The notes beneath the pieces were generated by a model that had not been told where the DNA came from, did no database searches, and was given only the letters and a program-made list of their open reading frames with translations. A DNA stretch of 64,000 nt, taken from NCBI GenBank assembly GCA_965223335.1, contig OZ244991.1, positions 992,001 to 1,056,000 on the forward strand. The letters run 5' to 3'. Source of the stretch: Thermodesulfobacteriota bacterium. GTDB taxonomy: Bacteria; Desulfobacterota_D; UBA1144; Nemesobacterales; UBA2774. The translations under genes and the position numbers were made by a program. This document shows positions 49,925 through 60,342 of the stretch, in pieces. Within the stretch, counting starts at the first letter, position 1; the number at the start of each line of letters is the position of its first letter.

Positions 49925-51409
49925 ATGGCATTCCCAACCCAAGAAGTAGAAAAATACATACGATCCGGCTACCCAATACTATTTCTTATCTCATGGGAAG
50001 AGGAACGCGTTGAGAATATAGTGCGCAGGATCGGCAAAAAGATCTTGGGCGAGGACTCCAAGTTCTATGTATGGTCTTGCACCGACGGCACCCGAGGTGA
50101 AGACGGATACATTGAGGGTACCGATGGCATCGTAAGTGCACTCAACAAAGTGATCTCCGACGAGGGCCCGGGCATATACTTTTTCAAAGACCTTAGTTTT
50201 TACCTGAGCGATCCCAAGCTCATCAGAAAGCTAAAAGACGTTTATCAGAAGCTTAGAAAGTCCAAGAAAACATTGTTCGTACTCAGCCAATCACTCGTTG
50301 TACCGCCCGAGCTAGAGAAAGAGGTAACCACTATTGATATTGGGCTACCCGACAGGGAAGAGGCCGAGCGGATTTTCGACTTTGTGCTTAAGTCCTATGC
50401 GTCCGATGACCTGGCGGGCTCTGTGAACGGCAATATCAAAGAGGCGGCTATAAATGCAATTGTGGGGCTTGGGGCTTTGGAGATGGAGCTTGCCCTTCGC
50501 AGGACCTTGATCGGTCGGACTGCTATGGATGATGACGCCGTCGATATGCTGCTTGAAGAAAAGGCACAACTCGTAAAAAAAACCGGGACCCTAGATTTTG
50601 TAAGGAGCCGTGTAGATATAGAACAGGTAGGGGGACTCGAGAATTTAAAGGACTGGCTCGACACCCGCCAGCTTGCTTTTTCGAGTAAGGCAAAAGAGTT
50701 TGGCTTGGATGTGCCCAGAGGGTTGTTGCTGATGGGTATAAGCGGGTGCGGTAAAAGTCTCTGTGCCAAGGCCATTGCCACGGCCTGGAACTTACCCTTG
50801 CTTAGGCTCGATGTTAATCAGGTATATGGAGGATCTGTGGGCACCCCCGAAGAGGCGTTTAGAAGGGCCATCAAAACCGTGGAAGCGACCTCACCATGTG
50901 TGCTTTGGATTGACGAGATTGAGGCGGGTATAACTAGAAGCGGTGAAAAATCTACCGATAGCGCTTCATCACGCATTTTCGGTTTTTTCCTCACATGGAT
51001 GCAGGAAAAACAGTACCCTGTGTTCATTACAGCTACAGCAAATCAGATTGATCTGCTCCCGCCCGAGATTCTTAGAAAGGGAAGGTTCGACGAGATCTTC
51101 TTTGTCACACTACCGTCCCGAAGTGAGAGAAAGGAGATATTTAAGATCCATCTTGAGAGTAGGGGAAAGAACCCGGAAAAGTTTGACCTTGAGTCCTTGG
51201 CTAAGAACACTGAAGGGCTAAGCGGGGCCGAGATCGAACAGGCTGTGGTGTCTGCGCTCTTCGAATCATTTTCCAAAGAAAAAGAGCTTGAGGACCGCGA
51301 CCTTATTATTGCGGCTTCAACAATCGTACCGCTTGCAACTACAATGCGTGAAGAGATCTCCAAGCTCGAGAGGTGGGCGTCTGACAGGGCTGTAAAGGCT
51401 TCCAAGTAA
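49925..51409 (+). CDS. Ycf46-like AAA+ ATPase
   Basis: SWEEERV, VGGLENLKDWL, GISGCGKSL, LWIDEIE and RKGRFDEIFF. Confidence 0.88.
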   Translation: MAFPTQEVEKYIRSGYPILFLISWEEERVENIVRRIGKKILGEDSKFYVWSCTDGTRGEDGYIEGTDGIVSALNKVISDEGPGIYFFKDLSFYLSDPKLIRKLKDVYQKLRKSKKTLFVLSQSLVVPPELEKEVTTIDIGLPDREEAERIFDFVLKSYASDDLAGSVNGNIKEAAINAIVGLGALEMELALRRTLIGRTAMDDDAVDMLLEEKAQLVKKTGTLDFVRSRVDIEQVGGLENLKDWLDTRQLAFSSKAKEFGLDVPRGLLLMGISGCGKSLCAKAIATAWNLPLLRLDVNQVYGGSVGTPEEAFRRAIKTVEATSPCVLWIDEIEAGITRSGEKSTDSASSRIFGFFLTWMQEKQYPVFITATANQIDLLPPEILRKGRFDEIFFVTLPSRSERKEIFKIHLESRGKNPEKFDLESLAKNTEGLSGAEIEQAVVSALFESFSKEKELEDRDLIIAASTIVPLATTMREEISKLERWASDRAVKASK

Positions 51410-51513
51410 TCGGTCTGTTAGAGCGTTTTTATTTGCAGATATAATATGTTTTATGAATCGTATAATAAATTTGACAGAACAATGTTAACTAGTAAGTAAA
51501 ATATATCACCTTT

Positions 51514-51590
<77 letters not shown>

Positions 51591-51644
51591 ACTATTACAG
51601 CAGGTTATATCCTATTACTCTTGCTTAAGAGGATCAGACACACA

Positions 51645-52186
51645 TTATACTACTATAAAATTGATGTTGTAATTATCCCACAATGATTTTATCAATTCTT
51701 TTTCTTCATCTGACTTTGATGAATGCAAAATTTGTCTTCCTTTAGTTGTATCAATAAAGAAATAAAGTACAAAACTGTATGTTGTGGAGTATGTTAAAGC
51801 CTGACCTAATCCTCTTCTAATTGCCTCCCCTGAGTTTCCTTTTTTTATTTCAAATGCAATGTCTGTTTTCTTATCTAATTCAAGAACTGCATCAGGACGA
51901 TGATACATTGCATATCGTTCGAAATTATTTACAATTACTCCCTGCTTTTGTTCAAACTTAAATCCGTTATTTGCTATCTCATTTGCTTTAGCATCATTGA
52001 GACCATAATATCTTTTCAATATTCTAGAAAGACTCTTTTCTAGCCTAGTAAATACAGCCTTTTGAATTGGTTTTTCCTTTTCTCTTTCTCTACCAACCGT
52101 ATCTCCAAGGTACTCATGATTTTTAATTGATCTGATTATGGCAGATATTAGTTTTTCTCTTTTTTTGTTTTAACAGCTCTACCCAT
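51645..52186 (-). pseudogene. PD-(D/E)XK restriction-endonuclease-like gene with a frameshift in an A7 tract
   Basis: GGAGG-ATG at 52186; the frame stops after 12 codons. One extra A in the A7 run (T7 at 52160-52166) joins it to RPD...FEIK...GLGQALTY, giving 180 aa. Confidence 0.65.
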
Positions 52187-52303
52187 TTTTGTGCCTCCAA
52201 AATAGCTGTGATATTTCCTTATTATAAAAGTAAAAAGACTATTATTTCAAGTATACGATAAATATAGGATCAGGAATTGTTTGTAAAGTGCGAATTTCAG
52301 GGC

Positions 52304-52320
52304 TTCGATTCCCCTCATCT
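52304..52320 (+). repeat. Duplicated tRNA-Ala 3' end (attR-like)
   Basis: Exact 17-bp match to 51568-51584. Confidence 0.8.
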
Positions 52321-52512
52321 ATACTTATGATTACAAAGAGTTAAGTTTCCATCCATTGTTTGTGGATCGCTAGTGTCACCGGATTAGTCATCTACTGCGT
52401 CAGAAAAAAATAATCAGAGTCCTTACAAATTTATATGAAATAATGCTTTGAATTAGCATGTTCGAGAATACAAGTTTCTGTTTTCCTATATAAATATTAT
52501 AATATTGAATAT

Positions 52513-53085
52513 ATGAGTGAGAATAAGTGTAAACTGGAAAAAAGGAAATTACAGTATGAGATATGGAGCATCGATACTAAAGATGAACACCAGGCTTTAA
52601 ATCTAATACGACAAATAATCCATTCCAATTACAACTTACTTGATAAGAACTTATTGTATATCTCATCAGCTGCGTTTGCTTTCTCAATAACATTTCTTGG
52701 TCAATTTCATAGTAACGATATTTCAAAATTTTGGAAAATTATCCTAGCATTAGCTTGGGGTTCTTTTGGATTAACTATAATTTTGAGCATAATAGGTTTC
52801 AAACTAAGCAATAACACATTAGTAAGACTTCAACAAAACATAGTAGAGAATCAGATAAATGCGCTCAAATTTTATTTATCAAACGATAGCTTAGATGATG
52901 TAAATATAGTAAAAAGTTTAGATGAAAGATTAAATAAAATAACATGCAATAGTACAAACAAAAAGAAAAGTTCAATTGAAATGTGGGCAATTTATATTAA
53001 TAGATCGCAAATAGGCACTTTCATATTTGGACTATTGCTATTGTTTGTCTTTGTTATTAAAGTGTATTTCGATTGCGAACTGTAG
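52513..53085 (+). CDS. AT-rich hypothetical membrane protein (3 TM)
   Basis: 190-aa ORF with three hydrophobic segments and low GC. Confidence 0.65.
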   Translation: MSENKCKLEKRKLQYEIWSIDTKDEHQALNLIRQIIHSNYNLLDKNLLYISSAAFAFSITFLGQFHSNDISKFWKIILALAWGSFGLTIILSIIGFKLSNNTLVRLQQNIVENQINALKFYLSNDSLDDVNIVKSLDERLNKITCNSTNKKKSSIEMWAIYINRSQIGTFIFGLLLLFVFVIKVYFDCEL

Positions 53086-53485
53086 ATTCATATTGAATAA
53101 AGATAAAGGGTCAGGCTTTGGTTATTGGGTTATTGATACCGCTATCATTCCACGGTCAGAAAACCCAGGATACGTTTACCTGGAGGTTATTACCATAGTA
53201 ACGCACCGGGGAATTCCTGGCCAAACATTCTTCAACCCCACTGACGATAGAGCTTACGTTAAGAATTAATCGATTACGGTAATCAAAGCCTGACTCTACT
53301 CCTAGGCCCTGCTTTACTATCTAACACCTTGTGTTAATTAATCAACTTCCCTACAAAAACCATGTTTTTAATTAGATATTAATACAACTCAATAACATCT
53401 TATCATTATCATGTTTGATCATTTTTAATTTATACTGTAAACTAAGTGGATCAAAATAAATTTTTTTGGGGAAGGAGGTTTTTAA

Positions 53486-54370
53486 ATGAGTTATCTCACA
53501 AAGAGATCATTTTTATATGTATTTTCTATTTTTGTGTTGTCTATTGGAGTGATTGGAGGCTGCAGCAGCAATGATCCCGATAAATCTCGTATCGAAGGTG
53601 TAGTATTGTCTGTAAATGGTAATCCAGTTGCAGTAGGCGACATCCTTGTATCAGCTATCAACTCTAATGGCACAAGGGTAAGCAGCAGAGGACAGACCAA
53701 TGCATCGGGTGCTTACAGCATAGGCATTAATAATGAGTCCGGATCTAAAGTACGTTTGGTAACACTTATTTTTACCACTCAAGATGGGCTTATTTTCAGC
53801 GAAGATTTCTTGGTTCCACGAAACACGACTAGTTTACTAAATGTGACACTTGCAAACGGAGAGGTCAACATCGCTGACGGTGACTACACAGTTCTTTCCA
53901 AACCAGTTAATGCTAACGGCAATCAGACATATATATTTGCCGACGCTATTGGTATTGATACCCCGGGACAGGCATCGTTTGTAATTGACGGTAACACAAA
54001 CACATGTGTCAGAGCCCGTGACAATAGCACGATTATTATTAATGTCGATGATTTCCTGGCATCTAACTGCAACATCGGAGTCAGGTCCGGTAGCAATGCA
54101 AACATCTCTATCAATGCTGATGATGATTTCGAGATACTAAGTGGCAGCTTCGGTGTTAGGTCAGCTAACGCATCTGTAGTAAACTTATCGGCATTAGACG
54201 AATTCTTTATTACGTCGGCAAATGCATTTGGTATAGGGGCGATTAACTCTTCAACGGTTAACGTAAACAACGGTCTAGCCAACCCCGATACGTGCGAGAT
54301 AGTTGGTTTACAGGGCGATATAGAGGTATTAGACCTGGCGCAAGTTAACGTCCCACCAAACTGTAATTAA
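53486..54370 (+). CDS. Hypothetical lipoprotein (carboxypeptidase-regulatory-like domain plus beta-helix-like repeats)
   Basis: AAGGAGG RBS, lipobox IGGC, TNASGAY and repeated GVRS..NA.I.I motifs. Confidence 0.75.
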   Translation: MSYLTKRSFLYVFSIFVLSIGVIGGCSSNDPDKSRIEGVVLSVNGNPVAVGDILVSAINSNGTRVSSRGQTNASGAYSIGINNESGSKVRLVTLIFTTQDGLIFSEDFLVPRNTTSLLNVTLANGEVNIADGDYTVLSKPVNANGNQTYIFADAIGIDTPGQASFVIDGNTNTCVRARDNSTIIINVDDFLASNCNIGVRSGSNANISINADDDFEILSGSFGVRSANASVVNLSALDEFFITSANAFGIGAINSSTVNVNNGLANPDTCEIVGLQGDIEVLDLAQVNVPPNCN

Positions 54371-54392
54371 TCTTAGTTTACTCTAGAAAATC

Positions 54393-54418
54393 AAAGGGCC
54401 GGCCTTGCCGGCCCTTTT
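54393..54418 (+). terminator. Rho-independent terminator
   Basis: AAAGGGCCGGC-CTT-GCCGGCCCTTTT. Confidence 0.85.
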
Positions 54419-54534
54419 CTATTTGTCCTCCAATTTGCTTCTATATATAGTGTAGTAATTTCACTCTATCGAGCCACCCCTCGAACTTTATGTTAATATA
54501 TTTGCTCCGTTCATAAATTAATTTAAGAGGACAG

Positions 54535-55485
54535 GTGTATCGTATGGATGAGCAGTCAGTTCATATATTGCTGTTTTATAAATTCGCCCGGTTAACAGAC
54601 CCTCACAAATTTACATCCGAGCACCTTGATTACTGTGTGGGTGCCGGGCTCCTGGGCAAGGTGCTTGTAGCAACCGAGGGCATTAACGGCTCAGTATCCG
54701 GCACTAAGCGCCAGGTAGACGAATATAAGGCGCACCTAACAGGCTATGACCAGTTCTCAGACATAGCTTTTAAAGAGGAACTAAGCACATTCCATCCCTT
54801 TAAAAAAATGATCGTTCGTGTGAAAAACGAGATTATTAGGATGGACCAAGAACTCGATCTAGACAATAGAGGCAAGTACATATCACCCAAAGAGCTCATT
54901 GACCTCTACCAAAGCGGCGAAGAATTTGTCATTCTCGATACACGCAACAACTATGAGTCCGACGTAGGTAAATTTAAGGACGCCATAACCCCAGACATCG
55001 ATACTTTCCGCGAGTTCCCCGCATATGTGGATGGGTTAGATGAACTCAAGGACAAAAAGGTTGTCACCTACTGCACGGGTGGAATACGGTGCGAGAAAGC
55101 AACCTCCTATATGGTAGCCCGGGGCTTTACGGACGTGTACCAGCTCAAAGACGGCATATTGAACTTCTGCCAGGAGTACCCAGACACGGTGTGGGAGGGC
55201 AAGTGTTTTGTGTTTGACCAGAGGCTCGTTTCAGACGTCGATCCCGAGAGCAAAGTACTTACACAGTGCACCCATTGCGAGGAGGTCTCCGACCGCTACC
55301 AAAACTGCAAGCATGCCGAGTGCGATAAGCTCTTCATAATTTGCGAGTCCTGCAGCGATGAGTACAAGGGATGCTGCACACCTGAGTGTGTGCAAAAGTA
55401 CGAGGCACACCTAGAGATCAAATCCAAACAGCTCCAGGGAACCAAGAAAAAAAAGGCCGGCACCCAAGAGCTATCCACAGATTAA
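54535..55485 (+). CDS. trhO: tRNA uridine(34) hydroxylase TrhO (YceA rhodanese family)
   Basis: LLFYKF, EGINGS, DTRNNYE..G.F, YCTGGIRCEKA and WEGKCFVFD. Confidence 0.9.
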   Translation: MYRMDEQSVHILLFYKFARLTDPHKFTSEHLDYCVGAGLLGKVLVATEGINGSVSGTKRQVDEYKAHLTGYDQFSDIAFKEELSTFHPFKKMIVRVKNEIIRMDQELDLDNRGKYISPKELIDLYQSGEEFVILDTRNNYESDVGKFKDAITPDIDTFREFPAYVDGLDELKDKKVVTYCTGGIRCEKATSYMVARGFTDVYQLKDGILNFCQEYPDTVWEGKCFVFDQRLVSDVDPESKVLTQCTHCEEVSDRYQNCKHAECDKLFIICESCSDEYKGCCTPECVQKYEAHLEIKSKQLQGTKKKKAGTQELSTD

Positions 55486-55573
55486 TCCCAATCAAACTAT
55501 AATTAATGCATTTATATATTGGTCGTTAATTTCGGTTAATTGTCTATGTAAGCATCAAACGGGTTGCAAGTGA

Positions 55574-55601
55574 CCCCCGCGACCTGTTAGAGCCGCGGGG
55601 G
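55574..55601. terminator. GC-rich hairpin between convergent genes
   Basis: CCCCCGCG...CGCGGGGG; no clear U-tract. Confidence 0.4.
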
Positions 55602-55612
55602 AGAAAGTTTCG

Positions 55613-56443
55613 TTACTCTTTCATCTCTTCTTTCTTGTCGTCCGCCATAGCGGTCTCAGGTGTATATTCGTTTATCACTTGGTACTGCGGGTACACAAAG
55701 CTCCCTTTCATCCACACCGCCCATGTGGGGTCCGCAGTGGGCTTGATGTTGTTAAGTGGATGACCTTCGGGTGCCTTGATCGTGATCTTAGGGTTTTGAG
55801 TGTCTACCACAGCTCCTATGAATGGGATGGGGTACTTGACCACCTGGTTTACCTTTTTACCGTCCTTCTCGGTCTCTATATGGCCAAAGTAGTTAAGATG
55901 TCCCCCTCCTACGTCCCCAAGCTCCTCACCAACATCGGCCGTGGACTCGATGTATGGAGTATCGCCTACTTTGAGCACTGCTGTTAGTTTGCCGTCCTCA
56001 ACCGTGGTGGTGGTGAATCCCTCTTCTGCAGGGATACCTACTTTTTCGGTAAACCCTCGCATCGTGGGAGAGCTGTTGAAATAGTGGATAAAGTACCTAC
56101 CCGGATAGCCGGTATCCGCACCCATGACGTAAGAGTCCTGGTCCTTAAGCTCAATTGTCAGATAGGTAAGCGTATAGGCGCCGAATCCCGAGGTCTGGTT
56201 TGCCTCGGGTACAGTGTACATGTTTATTACTACCTGTCCCTCGGGGTTAGGCTCCAGCCCCGGGGGCAAAAGTGCCTTAAGCGCTTCGGGGTCTGTTTTA
56301 TACGCGGCTATAAACATCCACGCATTAGTCACAAGCTGTGGCCCCGGCAGCTCGTTTGCCTCTTCCTCGGCCCGTGCCCCGGTGTTAACTGCAAAAATTA
56401 CAAGCAACAACAGTACTAAACTCAAGCTAAATATTTTCTTCAT
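55613..56443 (-). CDS. Secreted acetoacetate-decarboxylase-fold protein
   Basis: Signal peptide; YKTDPEALKALLPPGLEP and GFGAYT resemble the ADC family N-terminus. Confidence 0.65.
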   Translation of the reverse strand: MKKIFSLSLVLLLLVIFAVNTGARAEEEANELPGPQLVTNAWMFIAAYKTDPEALKALLPPGLEPNPEGQVVINMYTVPEANQTSGFGAYTLTYLTIELKDQDSYVMGADTGYPGRYFIHYFNSSPTMRGFTEKVGIPAEEGFTTTTVEDGKLTAVLKVGDTPYIESTADVGEELGDVGGGHLNYFGHIETEKDGKKVNQVVKYPIPFIGAVVDTQNPKITIKAPEGHPLNNIKPTADPTWAVWMKGSFVYPQYQVINEYTPETAMADDKKEEMKE

Positions 56444-56617
56444 AACACTCCTCCGTGTATATATTAATCAAGATTTTATATTCGGAACTTAACACTGCTA
56501 ATTTGAAAAACCCCAAACACCCGGCCCATCAACTGATTCTACAACATGGCATTGCGCTTCTCAACACTTATTTCGCACGTGGCTTCCAAGACACTTTATA
56601 TGTAATTTAGGGGGGAC

Positions 56618-58159
56618 TCAATAATCCTCTTTCCGCTGCAGTGAGGGGTTGGGCACAAAGGGGTCAATAGTGTCGTTTTTTGCACCTTTATTAGAGCTGT
56701 GCATGATTGAGAGCACTGCCGTATATATAAACCCGAACTGTATAATCAACAAAAACGGTATCCAGCCAAAATAGCCCATTATGATCGCATAGACCGATTG
56801 GAACAAAAAGAATATTCCAATTGTAAGCTCGATTAGTGCGGTAATACTCGTGGACGAGACGTAGCTTGTTTTTTTCCAGTTATCCGATTTTGTCGTGACC
56901 GCAAACTTAGGTGTACGTTTAAATTCCGAGCTCTTACCCAGCAACGCCTCTATTACGGCTTTGGAATTGTTTATAGATATTCCCGCCCCCAGTGCTATGG
57001 CTGTGGCAACGTGCTTGGCGTACTTGACCCAGTTCTCCCCGTGCACCTCCTGCACGGTGATCCAATAGAACCTAAAGAAGCTGAATGTACCAAGCGATAT
57101 AGCCACAAGGTTAAACAATACAACTTTCTCCCATCCTACGGAGTCCCAAAAATAGGCCATCGGGAACATAAGCACCAGTAGTACGAGTAAGAAGATATAC
57201 GATAAGTTTCCCAGTAAATGAAAGCATGCCTCGGATTTTATTTTAAGTGGGAGTGTACTCTCCCCAAGCAGTCTCGGGAGTATTTTGAGCGCTGTCTGCA
57301 CCCCGCCTTTTGCCCAGCGGTGCTGCTGCGATTTAAAGGCGTTCATATCCACAGGCAGCTCAGCATCCGCCACTGTGTCTTTTAGGTAAACGAGCTTCCA
57401 GCCCTTTAGCTGCGCCCTGTAGCTAAGGTCAAGGTCCTCTGTAAGCGTGTCGTGCTGCCACCCGCCCGCATCGTAGATACATTCCTTTCTCAACACCCCG
57501 GCAGTGCCGTTAAAATTAAAGAACATACCCCCGTGGAACCTAGCCGTCTGCTCAATCATAAAATGGCCGTCCAGCAGTATGGACTGTGCCTTGGTCAACA
57601 TCGAGTAGTCAATGTTAACGTGTCCCCACCTTGCCTGAACAATCCCGATCTTGGGGTCCGAGAAATAATCAATCGTGTCCCTAAGGAAGTTCTTAGGGGG
57701 AATAAAGTCTGCATCGAATATTGCAACAAACTCCCCTTTAGCTACACTCAACCCCTCGCGCAGTGCCCCTGCCTTATAGCCCTCTCTATCTTCACGGTGG
57801 ATGTAGTGGATATCAAAGCCCCTTTGTCGGAAGCGGTTAACGACCTCACACGCAATTATTTGTGTGTCGTCAGTCGAGTCATCCAACACCTGTATCTCGA
57901 GTTTATCCAACGGATAGTCGATCTTGCAGACCGACGAGATCAACCTCTCCACCACGTACATCTCGTTATAAATTGGCAGCTGTATTGTGACGCGGGGTAG
58001 ATTGCTCAAACGTTGGGGGGGCGATACTTCTTTGTTTTTATTACGTCTATAGATATGTACTATGTAATATCTATGCGCTCCGTAGGTACAGAGCAATGTT
58101 AAGGTCAATGCATATATTGTCGTTATTACTATTTTAGAAGATAGCAGTAAATATTCCAA
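56618..58159 (-). CDS. Membrane GT2 glycosyltransferase (cellulose-synthase-like)
   Basis: QLPIYNE, LDDSTD, GYKAGAL, FDADF, TEDLDLS and QQHRWAKG. Confidence 0.92.
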   Translation of the reverse strand: MEYLLLSSKIVITTIYALTLTLLCTYGAHRYYIVHIYRRNKNKEVSPPQRLSNLPRVTIQLPIYNEMYVVERLISSVCKIDYPLDKLEIQVLDDSTDDTQIIACEVVNRFRQRGFDIHYIHREDREGYKAGALREGLSVAKGEFVAIFDADFIPPKNFLRDTIDYFSDPKIGIVQARWGHVNIDYSMLTKAQSILLDGHFMIEQTARFHGGMFFNFNGTAGVLRKECIYDAGGWQHDTLTEDLDLSYRAQLKGWKLVYLKDTVADAELPVDMNAFKSQQHRWAKGGVQTALKILPRLLGESTLPLKIKSEACFHLLGNLSYIFLLVLLVLMFPMAYFWDSVGWEKVVLFNLVAISLGTFSFFRFYWITVQEVHGENWVKYAKHVATAIALGAGISINNSKAVIEALLGKSSEFKRTPKFAVTTKSDNWKKTSYVSSTSITALIELTIGIFFLFQSVYAIIMGYFGWIPFLLIIQFGFIYTAVLSIMHSSNKGAKNDTIDPFVPNPSLQRKEDY

Positions 58160-58189
58160 TTCTCATTCCTTTTGCCGCTTCCCTCTGTT

Positions 58190-59356
58190 TTAAAACTCCG
58201 CTTCTTTCAACCGCTCGACTGCCTGTACGATTCTATCCGTATTAAAGGTGGTCGAGACTCGTGCGTACCCTTCACCATACTCCCCAAAACCCGTACCCGG
58301 TGTTACCACTATACCTGCCTCGGTAAGCAGCTTTGATGAAAATTCTTTTGAAGTAAGCCCATGGGGCACCTCAAACCACACATAAAACGTGGACTTTGGT
58401 TTTTCATATTTAAGCCCAACCTCGTCTAAACCCGCACAAAAAATATCTCTCCGTTCCTCGAAAATCTTTTGCCTATCCGAAAGCCCGTCTTTATAATTTT
58501 TAAGTGCCTCAATCCCTGCGTATTGTATCGCCTGGAAGGCACCCGAGTCAATATTAGTTTTAATCTTGCCTATCCCCGCGATTGCACTCTTGTTTCCCAC
58601 TGCAAACCCAAGTCTCCAGCCCGTCATGTTAAAAGTTTTAGACAGCGAGTGAAACTCGATCCCCACTTCCTTTGCCCCATCGGTTTGCAGAAAGCTCGGA
58701 GGGTTGTAGCCGTCGAATGCGATCTCAGTGTATGCTGCATCGTGACATACGAGTATGTTGTTGTGTGCCGCAAACTCCACTACATCGTCGAAAAACCCAT
58801 CCTCTGCTACTGCTGTTGTGGGGTTATTGGGATAGTTAATAAACATCAGCTTCGCATTCTTTTTATCACTCTCAGATACCTTAGCTAGATCGGGTAAAAA
58901 CCCGTTTTCTTTATAAAGGGGCAGTGCAACCGGTGTGCCACCGGCAAAGCTTATGGAAGTGGGATACACTGGGTAGCCAGGGTCGGTGTATAGACCCACG
59001 TCCCCGGGGTCTACGAATGCAAGCGGGGTGTGTGCAACACCTTCTTTCGAGCCAATGAGCGCTACCACCTCGGTAGCTGGGTCTATATCTATCCCAAAAC
59101 GCACCTTGTACCAATCCGCCACAGCTTCTCTAAATGAAAGCATCCCCTCGTACGATGGGTATCTGTGGTTAGCTGGGTCCTCAGCCCCGACCACAAGGGC
59201 GTCGATAATTCTCTGGGGTGTCGGGATGTCGGGGTCTCCGACCCCTAAGTCGATCACATCCACACCCTTTGACTTCATCTCATTTTTCTTGGCGTCGATT
59301 TCGGCAAAAAGATAAGGAGGCAGCTCCTCTATCCTTTTTGCCCACTTAAGATCCAT
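58190..59356 (-). CDS. dapL: LL-diaminopimelate aminotransferase
   Basis: LPPYLFAEID, GSKEG, NYPNNPT, HDAAYTE, SLSKTFNMTGWRLG and KTNIDSG. Confidence 0.88.
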   Translation of the reverse strand: MDLKWAKRIEELPPYLFAEIDAKKNEMKSKGVDVIDLGVGDPDIPTPQRIIDALVVGAEDPANHRYPSYEGMLSFREAVADWYKVRFGIDIDPATEVVALIGSKEGVAHTPLAFVDPGDVGLYTDPGYPVYPTSISFAGGTPVALPLYKENGFLPDLAKVSESDKKNAKLMFINYPNNPTTAVAEDGFFDDVVEFAAHNNILVCHDAAYTEIAFDGYNPPSFLQTDGAKEVGIEFHSLSKTFNMTGWRLGFAVGNKSAIAGIGKIKTNIDSGAFQAIQYAGIEALKNYKDGLSDRQKIFEERRDIFCAGLDEVGLKYEKPKSTFYVWFEVPHGLTSKEFSSKLLTEAGIVVTPGTGFGEYGEGYARVSTTFNTDRIVQAVERLKEAEF

Positions 59357-59510
59357 TTCTACTCTCCAACCCCCTACTAATAGTGGAAATTACAATCATA
59401 ACCAACAGTGCGAACTAGAGCAAGCACTAGTTTTGATCTCTCTCGAATACAACTTATAACATATTTATCCGTAGTTACACAACTTTTGTCTTCCAACCGA
59501 CACTTAAACG

Positions 59511-60290
59511 TCAATCATTTGTATAAGATTCCAGGATTGCCTTGTGCACTCTGGCTGCAATATTTTTCCTGTCGGAACTCGCGTCGGGCTCAATCCTATC
59601 CAATATCCTGAGCTCTACATCGACAGACTTAGCCTCGAGAAGCCCGAAAAAATGATCGAAGAACGACGCACTCCCATAGTAATAGACCCTGTCTCTCGTA
59701 CTATCATCCACAGGCTTGTGGTCTAGGTTTTTGTACTTGATACAGATCGGTAAGATGGCCTTATCTGATTTTAAATAAGGAGCAAAAAAAGAGGTCTTAA
59801 AATCCATCACGGTCTCGCCGTTTGATGTGGTGCCCTCGGGGAAGAGCACTACGTTAAAACCCAGATCCAGCACATTTGATACCATCTCTATCTCTTCTAG
59901 CATTCTCGAGCGGCTTCTTCGCTCTACAAATATCCCCCCGCTGTACTTTGTAATTGTGCCGAGTGGAAACTCCTCCATTAGCTCGGCGTTGGCTACAAAG
60001 ACTGATTGGATGGTAGAGGATATAATAAATATGTCTGTATACGAGAGGTGGTTGGATACGACAAAAAAATTCTCATCAACACAAGATACTCGTTCCTTGT
60101 TTATGACCCTTAGCTTGATACCCAATACCAAAAGACACAGTTTTGTAAAGAACGATGTATTGCGCGAGAAAAAAGACAGCTGCCTCTTTCTATCTCTCAC
60201 CACTAGTTCTACGACAAAAGATACACTTAGATATATGACAGCCAGAACAAAGAATATGACAGCTTTAGTGTATTTACGCACTAGATTCAT
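59511..60290 (-). CDS. Lysophospholipid acyltransferase (PlsC family)
   Basis: NHLSYTD, FVER and FPEGTTSNG motifs. Confidence 0.9.
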   Translation of the reverse strand: MNLVRKYTKAVIFFVLAVIYLSVSFVVELVVRDRKRQLSFFSRNTSFFTKLCLLVLGIKLRVINKERVSCVDENFFVVSNHLSYTDIFIISSTIQSVFVANAELMEEFPLGTITKYSGGIFVERRSRSRMLEEIEMVSNVLDLGFNVVLFPEGTTSNGETVMDFKTSFFAPYLKSDKAILPICIKYKNLDHKPVDDSTRDRVYYYGSASFFDHFFGLLEAKSVDVELRILDRIEPDASSDRKNIAARVHKAILESYTND

Positions 60291-60342
60291 AGAATATTTG
60301 GTATAGGATAACCGGTAAGTTAAAAATTGAGTCTATTTTACC

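Noticed and set aside
53027..53269. 80-aa ORF overlapping the membrane-protein gene
   Set aside because: No credible start or RBS; the distal part may be an eroded gene fragment, but I cannot assign it.
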